Assembly: GCA_965216565.1 (NCBI GenBank)
Contig: OZ244170.1
Span: forward strand, 1,536,001-1,600,000
Length of the DNA: 64,000 nt
Source: Bythopirellula sp.
GTDB lineage: Bacteria > Planctomycetota > Planctomycetia > Pirellulales > Lacipirellulaceae
Reading direction: 5' to 3'
Made by a program: the position numbers and the translations under genes. The first letter of the stretch is position 1. Every line of letters starts with the position of its first letter. The notes under the pieces are model-generated. The model made no database searches, had not been told where the DNA came from, and saw nothing but the letters and a program-made list of their open reading frames with translations. Positions 29,741 to 38,416 of this stretch are shown here, one piece after another.

Positions 29741-32416
29741 ATGTTTTATTCTCGACTTCATGATACCAAATCTTTCGCTCTCCGTGCCATTCGTGCGATC
29801 TTGCCAATTCTTGCCATTTCTTTGGTAAGTAGCGAACACACATGCGCTGCCCCACAGGTGGAGGCCGTGGCCGGTGAGCCCTTTGGCGTGGGCAAAGTCA
29901 CAATCGACGTCCTCCGCGGCGAACCCTCCATTCCACTCAGCGACGAGCGTTTCACCATTTGGCAAGAGGCCAGCAGAGCCATGTACCCCGTGGTCAAGCA
30001 AGAGCCAGCTAAACGACTCCTTCGCAGGGTGCTCTCGATCGAGTCTCCCCGCAAGGTCACCGTCTATTTTCTGTTCCAAGGCAATGAGCCATTCGATCTG
30101 TCGGTGTTCTCGCCAATCGAACAGGCAGTGCGCATCCAGCCACAAATCAATCCAGAACGTCACCGCAATATGCTCAACGATTGGTGGCAAGCCTACTCAG
30201 GACGATGGAATACGCTCTGCTCCGACCCACAATTCCCACCCATGGCTGAGAATTTCCTGGTCGCATCATTAGGTCGGCGCCTAAACCTCGATTTGGCCGC
30301 TTCCGAACGCGGACTCTTGAAGAAGAAGCGAGGCAAGACCACGGCCCTAGGTGAACTATTTGCCAGCGAATCGCATTTACTGAAGCTCGATCGGGAGAAG
30401 ATTCTGAATCCTACGATACCCACCGAAGAGCGAGTACCGCTACCCGCCACTCCGGTGTGGGAAGATCTAGCCATCGACGACATGCAATTCGTGGACGTTG
30501 CGATTGAACCTATCGCAACACGCGTCCCTGAAGAGTGCTTTTATCTTCGCTTCGGCAAGTTTCTCAATTATCTTTGGTTTCGAGACCTAAGCGCAAAATG
30601 GCAAGGCGATTTGCAAAACATGGTTCTTCGCCGTGCCGTCGATCGCGCCGCCGATCAACGCACTCAGCAGCAACTGTCGCTCAAATACAACGCCATGGCG
30701 AAGATTCTTGGCCCACAGGTGGTGGAAGACCTGGCCATCGTTGGGCTCGATACGAACACAACGCAGGGCGCAGCGATCGGCGTTTTGATGCATGCCAAGA
30801 ACAACTTCTTGCTCAGCCAAGACATGATGCGACAACGTCGCCGGTCTCTTTCTACGTTCTCCGACGCCAAGGAAACGACAGTCAAGATCGCCGAACAAGA
30901 AGTATCGCTCATCGCAACACCCGGAGGAGAAGTCCGATCGTATTATGTGCAACAAGGCGATTTTCACCTAGTTTCGACTTCCGCTACCCTCGTGGAACGA
31001 TTTATTGAGGCAGGGCAGGGCGATCGTGCAATGGCCGCGCTCCCCAGTTTTCTACAAGCTAGAAAGCAATTGACCATCGCTCAGGACGACACAGTCTTTG
31101 TCTTCGTGCCGGAGAAGTTTTTCGAGAATCTCTGCTCGCCGCACTACTTTATCGAAAATGCACGTCGAATTAGCAGTGCTCGCGAGCCACTGCTCTTGGA
31201 ATTGGCTAGCCTGGCTGCCGAGACCGAGAATTCACTGGACGTCGACCTCATGACCAGTGGCATTCTGCCTGCCGGGTTTGGCACGCGCGTCGATGGCAGC
31301 CAGCTCGACGTTATTGACGATAAATTGACCGACTCTCGCCGGGGCACACCTGGATTCTTCGTTCCCATTGCCGACATGCAGGTGGAGGATGTTTCTCAGG
31401 AGGAAGCTTCCGCCTATCAAGATTTCATCACTCGTTTTCGATCCGAGATCGGACGAATGCCACCAGTGGCTGTCGCCGTGAAACGTCAACCCGTGGTAGG
31501 CGACCAAGTCACGATTTCATTCGACGCGTTGGTCCAACCAACGACTGGCACGAAGTTGGAGAACTTAAAAGAATATTTGGGCGAGGCATCCTCCCAACGC
31601 TTGCAGCCGGTGGAGGGAAATATCGCTTCGCTCGAGGCAGCGGTCAAAATGAAGCTTCCCTTCGGTGACGGCACCGAAAAGGCCTTTCATCTCTTCGGCG
31701 GCTTGCGGGACTATCTCTCGCCGCTGGCTGTCAAACAGGGCAAGCTCATGCCGGGCTCAGGCCTGACGGAACTTGTGCGGGGCTACGTCGGCGCTTGGCC
31801 GCGCCCTGGCCTTCTGGATTCACTACTGGGCGGTACCCAACCCGTTCCTGGAGAGCCACAGCGTGTGAACCAACCCTTGGTTGGTGATATTTGGCTCGAT
31901 AGCGAAGACGATTTGGCATTGATCTCCTTCAAGCCCGAGGTGATCGATCAGGTACGTCCACAGCTTGCCAAGACAGAAGCAGATCGGCCCGCACAGGTAT
32001 GGATGTCGATTGACGACCTCACCGGAAAACAGTTTGCCGGCACGGTAAGCGCCCTCGGCTATATGCGAGCCCGCGAAACTTCTGTAGCCGCCAGTCGGAT
32101 GATGAACTCCCTCGCCAACCAATTCCGCATCGGACGACCGGAGTGCCGCGACATTGCCGAGCGCCTCGTCGACGGGACTTTCGTCTGTCCCTTAGGCGGT
32201 GAGTATCAACTGCTTGCACCAGAACGTGATCTAGAAGTGTGGGCCTCGTCCGCGGTGACACCCGAAAATCGATTCTTGCTTACCGAAGTCCCCGAGGATT
32301 TTCAGCTGCCCCTCTTGCAATGGTTTCGTGGTGTGAACGGCGATTTGAGCTACGTGGAAGACGCACTTTCAATTCATCTCGAACTCAACTTGGCAGCCGA
32401 TTCGGTGCCCCAATGA
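29741..32416 (+). CDS. Large exported hypothetical protein
   Basis: 891-aa ORF with a signal-peptide-like N-terminus and no recognised catalytic motif. Confidence 0.75.
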   Translation: MFYSRLHDTKSFALRAIRAILPILAISLVSSEHTCAAPQVEAVAGEPFGVGKVTIDVLRGEPSIPLSDERFTIWQEASRAMYPVVKQEPAKRLLRRVLSIESPRKVTVYFLFQGNEPFDLSVFSPIEQAVRIQPQINPERHRNMLNDWWQAYSGRWNTLCSDPQFPPMAENFLVASLGRRLNLDLAASERGLLKKKRGKTTALGELFASESHLLKLDREKILNPTIPTEERVPLPATPVWEDLAIDDMQFVDVAIEPIATRVPEECFYLRFGKFLNYLWFRDLSAKWQGDLQNMVLRRAVDRAADQRTQQQLSLKYNAMAKILGPQVVEDLAIVGLDTNTTQGAAIGVLMHAKNNFLLSQDMMRQRRRSLSTFSDAKETTVKIAEQEVSLIATPGGEVRSYYVQQGDFHLVSTSATLVERFIEAGQGDRAMAALPSFLQARKQLTIAQDDTVFVFVPEKFFENLCSPHYFIENARRISSAREPLLLELASLAAETENSLDVDLMTSGILPAGFGTRVDGSQLDVIDDKLTDSRRGTPGFFVPIADMQVEDVSQEEASAYQDFITRFRSEIGRMPPVAVAVKRQPVVGDQVTISFDALVQPTTGTKLENLKEYLGEASSQRLQPVEGNIASLEAAVKMKLPFGDGTEKAFHLFGGLRDYLSPLAVKQGKLMPGSGLTELVRGYVGAWPRPGLLDSLLGGTQPVPGEPQRVNQPLVGDIWLDSEDDLALISFKPEVIDQVRPQLAKTEADRPAQVWMSIDDLTGKQFAGTVSALGYMRARETSVAASRMMNSLANQFRIGRPECRDIAERLVDGTFVCPLGGEYQLLAPERDLEVWASSAVTPENRFLLTEVPEDFQLPLLQWFRGVNGDLSYVEDALSIHLELNLAADSVPQ

Positions 32417-32895
32417 GCAAGCCGCCCCGTTACAGTAATCGCGATTTCCCGCCCTACACCTACGTCCCCGGCAAGCAACCGCACCCGATTAGCGACCCCC
32501 GCGGCCACATGCACGGGCACGAAGCCCCCGATCCGCCGCCACTAGATCCCGAGCAGTGGAACCAGTCCGCAAGCTACCTCTTCGCGGTCGACCTATTCAA
32601 CCACGGATTCTATTGGGAAGCCCACGAAGTTTGGGAGTCGCTCTGGATTGCCGCCGGCCGTGCGGGCATTCTGGCCGACTTTCTCAAAGGGCTCATCAAA
32701 CTCGCCGCGGCAGGAGTAAAGGAACTGGAGGGAAATCCCACGGGCATCGACCGCCATCGATCGCGAGCCCTTGAGCTCTTAAGCGATACCTCTGCAAATT
32801 CTCAGTCCTACGGTGGACTGCACTTGCCAGCACTCCTGACCCAAGTGCAAAGAAAACAAAAAATTTCTGAGATCGCCCTCACATTAGGCGAGTAA
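32413..32895 (+). CDS. DUF309 domain protein
   Basis: Motifs PPYTYVPG..PHP and LFNHGFYWEAHEVWESLW..LKGLI. ATGA overlap with the upstream gene. Confidence 0.85.
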   Translation: MSKPPRYSNRDFPPYTYVPGKQPHPISDPRGHMHGHEAPDPPPLDPEQWNQSASYLFAVDLFNHGFYWEAHEVWESLWIAAGRAGILADFLKGLIKLAAAGVKELEGNPTGIDRHRSRALELLSDTSANSQSYGGLHLPALLTQVQRKQKISEIALTLGE

Positions 32896-33114
32896 GCACC
32901 GATTTACAGAACAGGTACCCAGATATTGGTTCGCTATCCAATCCCGGCCTGAAACTTCGAGGCTCCCCCGCAAGTGCCCGTCTCGTCATTACCCTCACAA
33001 CATGTCCGACGCAACATTGGGTCCATTCATGAAGATTTGCGGAAGCGGTGTTTTTGCCAGGTCCTAGAGAGGCAAGCGTTTTCTAAGTTCGCCCAATTGA
33101 CTACAATCTAAGTC

Positions 33115-35181
33115 ATGAAGAAGAAACGTCGACAGCGGAAAAACAAGAACAAGAAACCGGCTCATGCGAAGATGGGAGCCGCTCAGAAGCCTGATGCCGA
33201 GGCTCGATCGGCCGCTGGAAAGAAGGGCCCTGGGTTAGTCATGTTTGCGGGACTGCTGGCCGTGGCACTCGCTATCGCTTTTTATGTGGTGCGCTCGTCT
33301 GAGACTCCACAAGAGACAGACGACCAGCAGGCTGTACTTGCTCCCAGCGAAATCGATTCCTCAGAGAAGGCGGCCCGAGTACCGCTCAGGCAGACTTCTT
33401 CCTGGACAGAGCTCGACGATCCTGCCAGCGATGGCTGGGATACCGAAGTGTTTGCTGAGAAAGCAAAAAAGCAGCTGGTAGCTCTTGGGAAAATAATGGT
33501 GGATGTCGAGGAGGTCGACGCAGCCGATGTGAAAAAACTTATCGCCAAGGAATTCGCTTGCGAACCACTACGGCCTGCTAATCTGGTTGCCGTCCACGAC
33601 GATCCCCACTTGAAGATCGAGCGTGCCCCCTCCTCGTCATCTGGCCTAAGTTCCCTGGACCAGTTGCCAGAATCGGAAGAGCAGAAGTATCACGGGGCCG
33701 ACGGACTTGTGCAAGCACTGCGCGATGCTGCGGCTTCCTTTGCAGAAGCCGAGGATTTGCGATTTGAAGTCAAGATATTTCGAGTCTTTCCCGCCCCGGG
33801 CAAAGTGACCACACGCCAGTACTTTTCCATTACTGGCCATACTGAGTCGGGTACATTGGAACAGCACGCAACCTGGGACATCGGTTGGGAAGTAGGGACA
33901 GGCAAATCAAAACCCCATCTCCAGTGGATCCGCGTAGAAGAATTCGAACAATCGGAAAGTCGCAATGCCGAGGAGACTCTTTTTGCCGACTGTACCGAGT
34001 CTGTTCTGGGTGGCAACGATTGCTACACGGAGCAGTTTTTGCGCGGCATGAACTATTGGTACGAGCGAATTCAAGACCGAAGTCCGTTCGGTTTGTTCGC
34101 AAACCCTGGGTTGGCGGTGGGAGATGTGAATGGTGACGGGCTGGACGACCTATACGTCTGTCAGGAGGCCGGTCTCCCGAATCGGCTGTTCGTCCAAAAT
34201 CCTGATGGCTCAGCAACCGATCAGTCGACCTCTTGGGGAGTCGATTGGCTGGAGTCATCTCGGAGCGCGCTCTTGGTCGATTTGGACAACGATTCCGACC
34301 AGGATTTGGTAGTGGCGATTCTTGGTGGAGTGGTCGTGGCTGAGAACAACGGACAAGGGCAATTTCAAATACGAGACGTACTGGCGACCTGCGACGACAC
34401 CATGTCTCTAACTGCGGTTGACTACGACATGGATGGCCGCCTCGATATCTATGTCTGTGCCTATCATCAGAACAAATCACTGGACTCCACTGAACTTACG
34501 GGCATGCCGGGTGCCGCGGAGGGTTTTGTTGTGCATGATGCGAACAATGGAGGAAATAACAGCCTCTTTCGCAATCTGATTTCTAAACAGGGTGAATGGC
34601 AGTTTGAAGACGTTACCAAAGAAGTTGGACTAGACGAGAAAAACTATCGCTGGAGTCTCGCCGCGGCTTGGGACGACTACGACAAGGACGGCGACCAAGA
34701 TCTTTACGTCGCCAACGACTACGGACGCGACCATTTCTATCGCAACGACCTTCTCGGTTCGTCCTCCTCCGATCAGGAACAGAATACGGGGCCGCAGTTC
34801 GTCGACATTTCCGATCTCGCCCACGTAGAAGACAGTGCCACGGGTATGTCGATTACCTGGGGCGATTACGATCGCGATGGATGGATGGACGCCTTGGTCA
34901 GCAATATGTGGTCCTCTGCCGGCCAGCGCGTAACATATCAAAACAATTTCAAGCCCGATGCACCGCAAGACATCAAAAATAGGTATCAACGTCAGGCTAG
35001 GGGCAACACGCTGCTGAAGAATCAAGGCGATGGAACCTTTAGCGACCTCAGCGGCCCAGCTGGAATAGAAATGGGACGCTGGGCTTGGGGTTCGCGGTTT
35101 GCGGATCTTAACAACGATGGCTGGGAAGACCTGTTTGTTTCGAACGGATACATCACGGCAGACGACACTGGGGACTTGTGA
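33115..35181 (+). CDS. FG-GAP/VCBS-repeat (CRTAC1-like) protein, N-terminal part; probably continues through the in-frame TGA to 37707
   Basis: Basic tail plus a TM anchor. Repeats GDVNGDGLDD, DLDNDSDQD, DYDMDGRLD, DYDKDGDQD, DYDRDGWMD and DLNNDGWED. It ends mid-propeller at DDTGDL-TGA. Confidence 0.85.
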   Translation: MKKKRRQRKNKNKKPAHAKMGAAQKPDAEARSAAGKKGPGLVMFAGLLAVALAIAFYVVRSSETPQETDDQQAVLAPSEIDSSEKAARVPLRQTSSWTELDDPASDGWDTEVFAEKAKKQLVALGKIMVDVEEVDAADVKKLIAKEFACEPLRPANLVAVHDDPHLKIERAPSSSSGLSSLDQLPESEEQKYHGADGLVQALRDAAASFAEAEDLRFEVKIFRVFPAPGKVTTRQYFSITGHTESGTLEQHATWDIGWEVGTGKSKPHLQWIRVEEFEQSESRNAEETLFADCTESVLGGNDCYTEQFLRGMNYWYERIQDRSPFGLFANPGLAVGDVNGDGLDDLYVCQEAGLPNRLFVQNPDGSATDQSTSWGVDWLESSRSALLVDLDNDSDQDLVVAILGGVVVAENNGQGQFQIRDVLATCDDTMSLTAVDYDMDGRLDIYVCAYHQNKSLDSTELTGMPGAAEGFVVHDANNGGNNSLFRNLISKQGEWQFEDVTKEVGLDEKNYRWSLAAAWDDYDKDGDQDLYVANDYGRDHFYRNDLLGSSSSDQEQNTGPQFVDISDLAHVEDSATGMSITWGDYDRDGWMDALVSNMWSSAGQRVTYQNNFKPDAPQDIKNRYQRQARGNTLLKNQGDGTFSDLSGPAGIEMGRWAWGSRFADLNNDGWEDLFVSNGYITADDTGDL

Positions 35182-35219
35182 AGTTTCTGGTGGCGGCAGG
35201 TCGTGTCGCATGGAATCAC
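35179..35219 (+). promoter_or_regulatory. In-frame UGA plus candidate bacterial SECIS hairpin
   Basis: TGA, then 11 nt, then stem GCGGCA/TGTCGC around loop GGTCG. The lower stem TTCTG/TGGAA and GTGA/TCAC can extend it. Confidence 0.65.
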
Positions 35220-37707
35220 GGATAGCGAAGCGAGTGCCACCGATGCGCTTGAGCACGCTGGGACTGCGCTGACAAACATGATGAGAGGGGGTCGCTCCTT
35301 TAGCGGAAACGAGCGGCACTGTTGTTTTCTCAACACGGGCGGAGAGCCGAACGCGGAGGGACGTTTCGCAAACATCTCCGCGGTCAGCGGTCTTGACTAT
35401 CCCGACGATGGTCGGGCGGTGGCTTTAGTTGATTGGGATCACGATGGCAGACAGGACATGTGGATTTCTAATCGCAATGCCCCTCGTCTCCGACTCATGC
35501 GTAACGAAGTGCCAGGCGAGAATCATTTCCTGGCGCTTCGTCTGGAAGGCAATGGAACAGACACCAATCGCGATGGCATCGGAGCTCGAGTAGAAATCAT
35601 TCTAAGACAAGTTGACGTAGCCGCTCCTGAATCACAGGCGGGCAAGCAGAAACCACAAGTTAAGACTCTGCGTGCCGGAGAAGGGTTGTTAGCCCAATCA
35701 AGCAAATGGCTGCACTTTGGCTTGGGGCAGGCTGACACCATCGAAAGTGTGACCGTCTATTGGCCGGGCGGCGAAGCCGAGCAATTTATCGGTTTCGAAG
35801 CTGACCATCGGTACCGGCTCGTCCAAGGTTCGGCCACAGCTCAGGACGCAGCAATGCCTGCTCGCGCGACTAAGCTTGAACGTTCCAACCAAAATGTTCC
35901 CCCCGCGTCGCAGGTTGCCCGAATTCGGATGGTGCAGTTGTTGACGGTACCGGAATCTCCCTATCAAAGCTTCGATGGACGGCGACGCAAACTCCCGACT
36001 AAGCAAGGAGAATTGCTACTGGTAAACCTGTGGGCCAGTTGGTGCCGCCCCTGTTTAGCTGAACTCACCGAGTTTTCTAATCGCTACGAAGAGCTACAGA
36101 ACGAGGGAATCGAGGTTCTTGCGCTTACGGTCGAAGGTCTTAAGGGAGAAAAAGAAGCAGCCAAGCAAGCGGCAAACCTCGCCGCCAACCGAAAGTTTCC
36201 GTTTCTGGTGGGACAGGCAAGCTCAACATTACTCGCAGATTTCAATTACCTCCATAGTCTTCAGATTCCACTGCTTCGAGAACTGCCGCTGCCATGTAGT
36301 TTCCTGATTGATCGAGAAGGTCGTTTAGCTGCAATCTACAAAGGCCCCGTGTCGGTTGATGCATTACTGGAAGACACTTCCTACAGTAAAGACAGTCGAG
36401 CCGAACGACAATTGCGGTCCGCTTCCATGGCCGGCCAATCGATTCAGCACCCACTCGTAGAACAAGTAGAAGACAATTCAGGCGTGTCGCTTCGTTTTCT
36501 GCTCGCAGAGTATCTTCAACATTCCGGACGCAACGACCAGGCGGCCCAGCAATACGCGGACGTGATTAAGCTCAAGCCCGACAACTCGGGTGCCCATAAT
36601 AACTTGGGTAGCACCCTCTTAGAGCTTGGAAAAGTTGAAGAAGCCGTTAAACATCTTCGGCGTGCCCTCGAACTCAATCCCGAACACCCAGGAGCCCACA
36701 GCAACCTGGCAAACGCGTTACAACGCCAAGGGAAGTCGGAAGACGCAATCGAGCATTTACAACAAGCAATAGAGGACGATCCCGATTTCGCGCAGGCTCA
36801 CTACAACCTGGGAAACACACTCTTGCTACAAGGAAAGGCCGAAGAAGCTTCTCCGCATTACGAGCGAGCCCTTGAGATCGACCCAGACTACGCCCATGCC
36901 CACAGCAATCTGGGGATCGCTTTGCAGCGTCAGGGCAAGATTGAAGAAGCTATCGAACACTATCGGCGTGCACTGCAGATCGAACCAGATTACGCGGACG
37001 CGCATTACAACCTGGGAATTGTTCTCCGAGGTCAGGGGAATACCTCAGAAGCGATCAAACATTACCAACAAGTCGTAAGGATCAAACCCAATTACGCTCA
37101 GGCACACAACAACTTAGGGAACGCAATCCAAGCGGAAGGGAAACTTGAAGAATCCATCACGCATTACCAACGTGCCATTCGGATCAAACCCGATTTCGCC
37201 GAAGCTTATAACAACCTGGGCAATGCGCTACTGGGGCAAAAGAAGATCGCAGAGGCGATCAAGTGCTATCAACAAGCTCTAAAGATCCAACCCAGCTACC
37301 CACAAGCGCACACCAGTCTAGCAGTCGCGTATCAAGCTCGCGGTGATGTCCCCAAAGCTATCCAGCACTACAAGCAAGCGCTCGTTCTAAATCGGGACAA
37401 CCCCATGGCTCTGAACAACCTGGCATGGATTCTGGCAACACATTCAGATTCCAAATTACGCAATGGCTCTCAGGCCGTCATGCTAGCCGAGTATTGTTGT
37501 GGACTGGAGGGACTGCGGGTGTTTGCTACGCTCGACACGCTGTCCGCCGCTTACGCAGAGGCAGGCCGTTTTGAAGAAGCAGTTGAAGCCGCCACCGAGG
37601 CGATCGAAGGAGCAACCGCCGCAGGAAACGAAGAAGTAGCCCAAGCGCTTCGCAAGCGATTAGAGCTGTACCGTCAGGGCACTCCCTATCGAGAACCGAA
37701 GAAATGA
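35203..37707 (+). CDS. Last FG-GAP blade + ASPIC/UnbV + TlpA-like thioredoxin (WCRPC) + TPR array; C-terminal part of the same frame as 33115
   Basis: DWDHDGRQD, NHFLALRLEG..NRDGIGARV, LHFGLG..V.WPGG, VNLWASWCRPC and about nine 34-aa TPRs (AHNNLG/AHYNLG). No signal peptide of its own. Confidence 0.85.
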   Translation: MSHGITDSEASATDALEHAGTALTNMMRGGRSFSGNERHCCFLNTGGEPNAEGRFANISAVSGLDYPDDGRAVALVDWDHDGRQDMWISNRNAPRLRLMRNEVPGENHFLALRLEGNGTDTNRDGIGARVEIILRQVDVAAPESQAGKQKPQVKTLRAGEGLLAQSSKWLHFGLGQADTIESVTVYWPGGEAEQFIGFEADHRYRLVQGSATAQDAAMPARATKLERSNQNVPPASQVARIRMVQLLTVPESPYQSFDGRRRKLPTKQGELLLVNLWASWCRPCLAELTEFSNRYEELQNEGIEVLALTVEGLKGEKEAAKQAANLAANRKFPFLVGQASSTLLADFNYLHSLQIPLLRELPLPCSFLIDREGRLAAIYKGPVSVDALLEDTSYSKDSRAERQLRSASMAGQSIQHPLVEQVEDNSGVSLRFLLAEYLQHSGRNDQAAQQYADVIKLKPDNSGAHNNLGSTLLELGKVEEAVKHLRRALELNPEHPGAHSNLANALQRQGKSEDAIEHLQQAIEDDPDFAQAHYNLGNTLLLQGKAEEASPHYERALEIDPDYAHAHSNLGIALQRQGKIEEAIEHYRRALQIEPDYADAHYNLGIVLRGQGNTSEAIKHYQQVVRIKPNYAQAHNNLGNAIQAEGKLEESITHYQRAIRIKPDFAEAYNNLGNALLGQKKIAEAIKCYQQALKIQPSYPQAHTSLAVAYQARGDVPKAIQHYKQALVLNRDNPMALNNLAWILATHSDSKLRNGSQAVMLAEYCCGLEGLRVFATLDTLSAAYAEAGRFEEAVEAATEAIEGATAAGNEEVAQALRKRLELYRQGTPYREPKK

Positions 37708-38416
37708 CCTTCTCTCGTCCGGGGGCAAAGAAATTCCAAAGTCATCATTCTAGCCGCTCTTCAACCGCGCGGTTAACAACCCAACACCGAACTAGGACGG
37801 TGCCTCAAGGGGTCCCAAGGCCTGCCGCAAAACTCGGGAGTATTGCATTGCGTTCTACGTAGTCGAGTCTATTAGCCCCCAGCATCGACAATCCCAAGTA
37901 ATGCAATAGCCTGTTACCTTTTGTTTTTGACCGGGCCCTCTCCAGAGGTGAAAGGCTTGTTGGCTGTGGCTGTCAGCTTTCACATTTTGAAAGAACGCGA
38001 GTGCTTTGTACTTGCTCGATATCCCCATCCGCTGGCTAAAAGACCGGTTAATGTTTGACCGTTTTTTGGTGGTAGTTGGAACCCACTAAGAAAGCCGCAC
38101 TTAAGGATGAAGCTGAGGGTGCTGGTTCACTTCTCAAGATAATTTCGGTCTGCCGCTCCTGAGCATGTTAGTGGGCCTATCCGTTCAACTGAACGTTTCA
38201 AGTGCGGTGAGTAAGTTCGAATTCGAGAGACCGATGCAAGAATTGCAGGTTGTAACGGCTGCAGTTGCGGGGGTCCACCACCCGCCAGTTAACCAATTCG
38301 TTCACATGCAACAGAAAACCTTCGTAGTACCTCAGCGGAATCTCCAACTGTCATCGTAGTGAACTATCTTTACAAGGTAGACCATTGAAGACGTAATTCC
38401 GACTGAGATATCTAGA

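Noticed and set aside
32239..32412. Long N-terminal extensions in the ORF track (also at 6405-6521, 46545-46664, 50835-50924, 54543-54677 and 58707-58781)
   Set aside because: They overlap neighbouring genes or precede the start of family similarity, so downstream starts were preferred.
36500..37430. Roughly 102-nt periodic DNA similarity
   Set aside because: It is explained by 34-aa TPR repeats in the coding sequence.
38165..38359. 64-aa ORF in the long intergenic region
   Set aside because: It has no SD, no motif and no operon coupling, so it cannot be supported as a gene.
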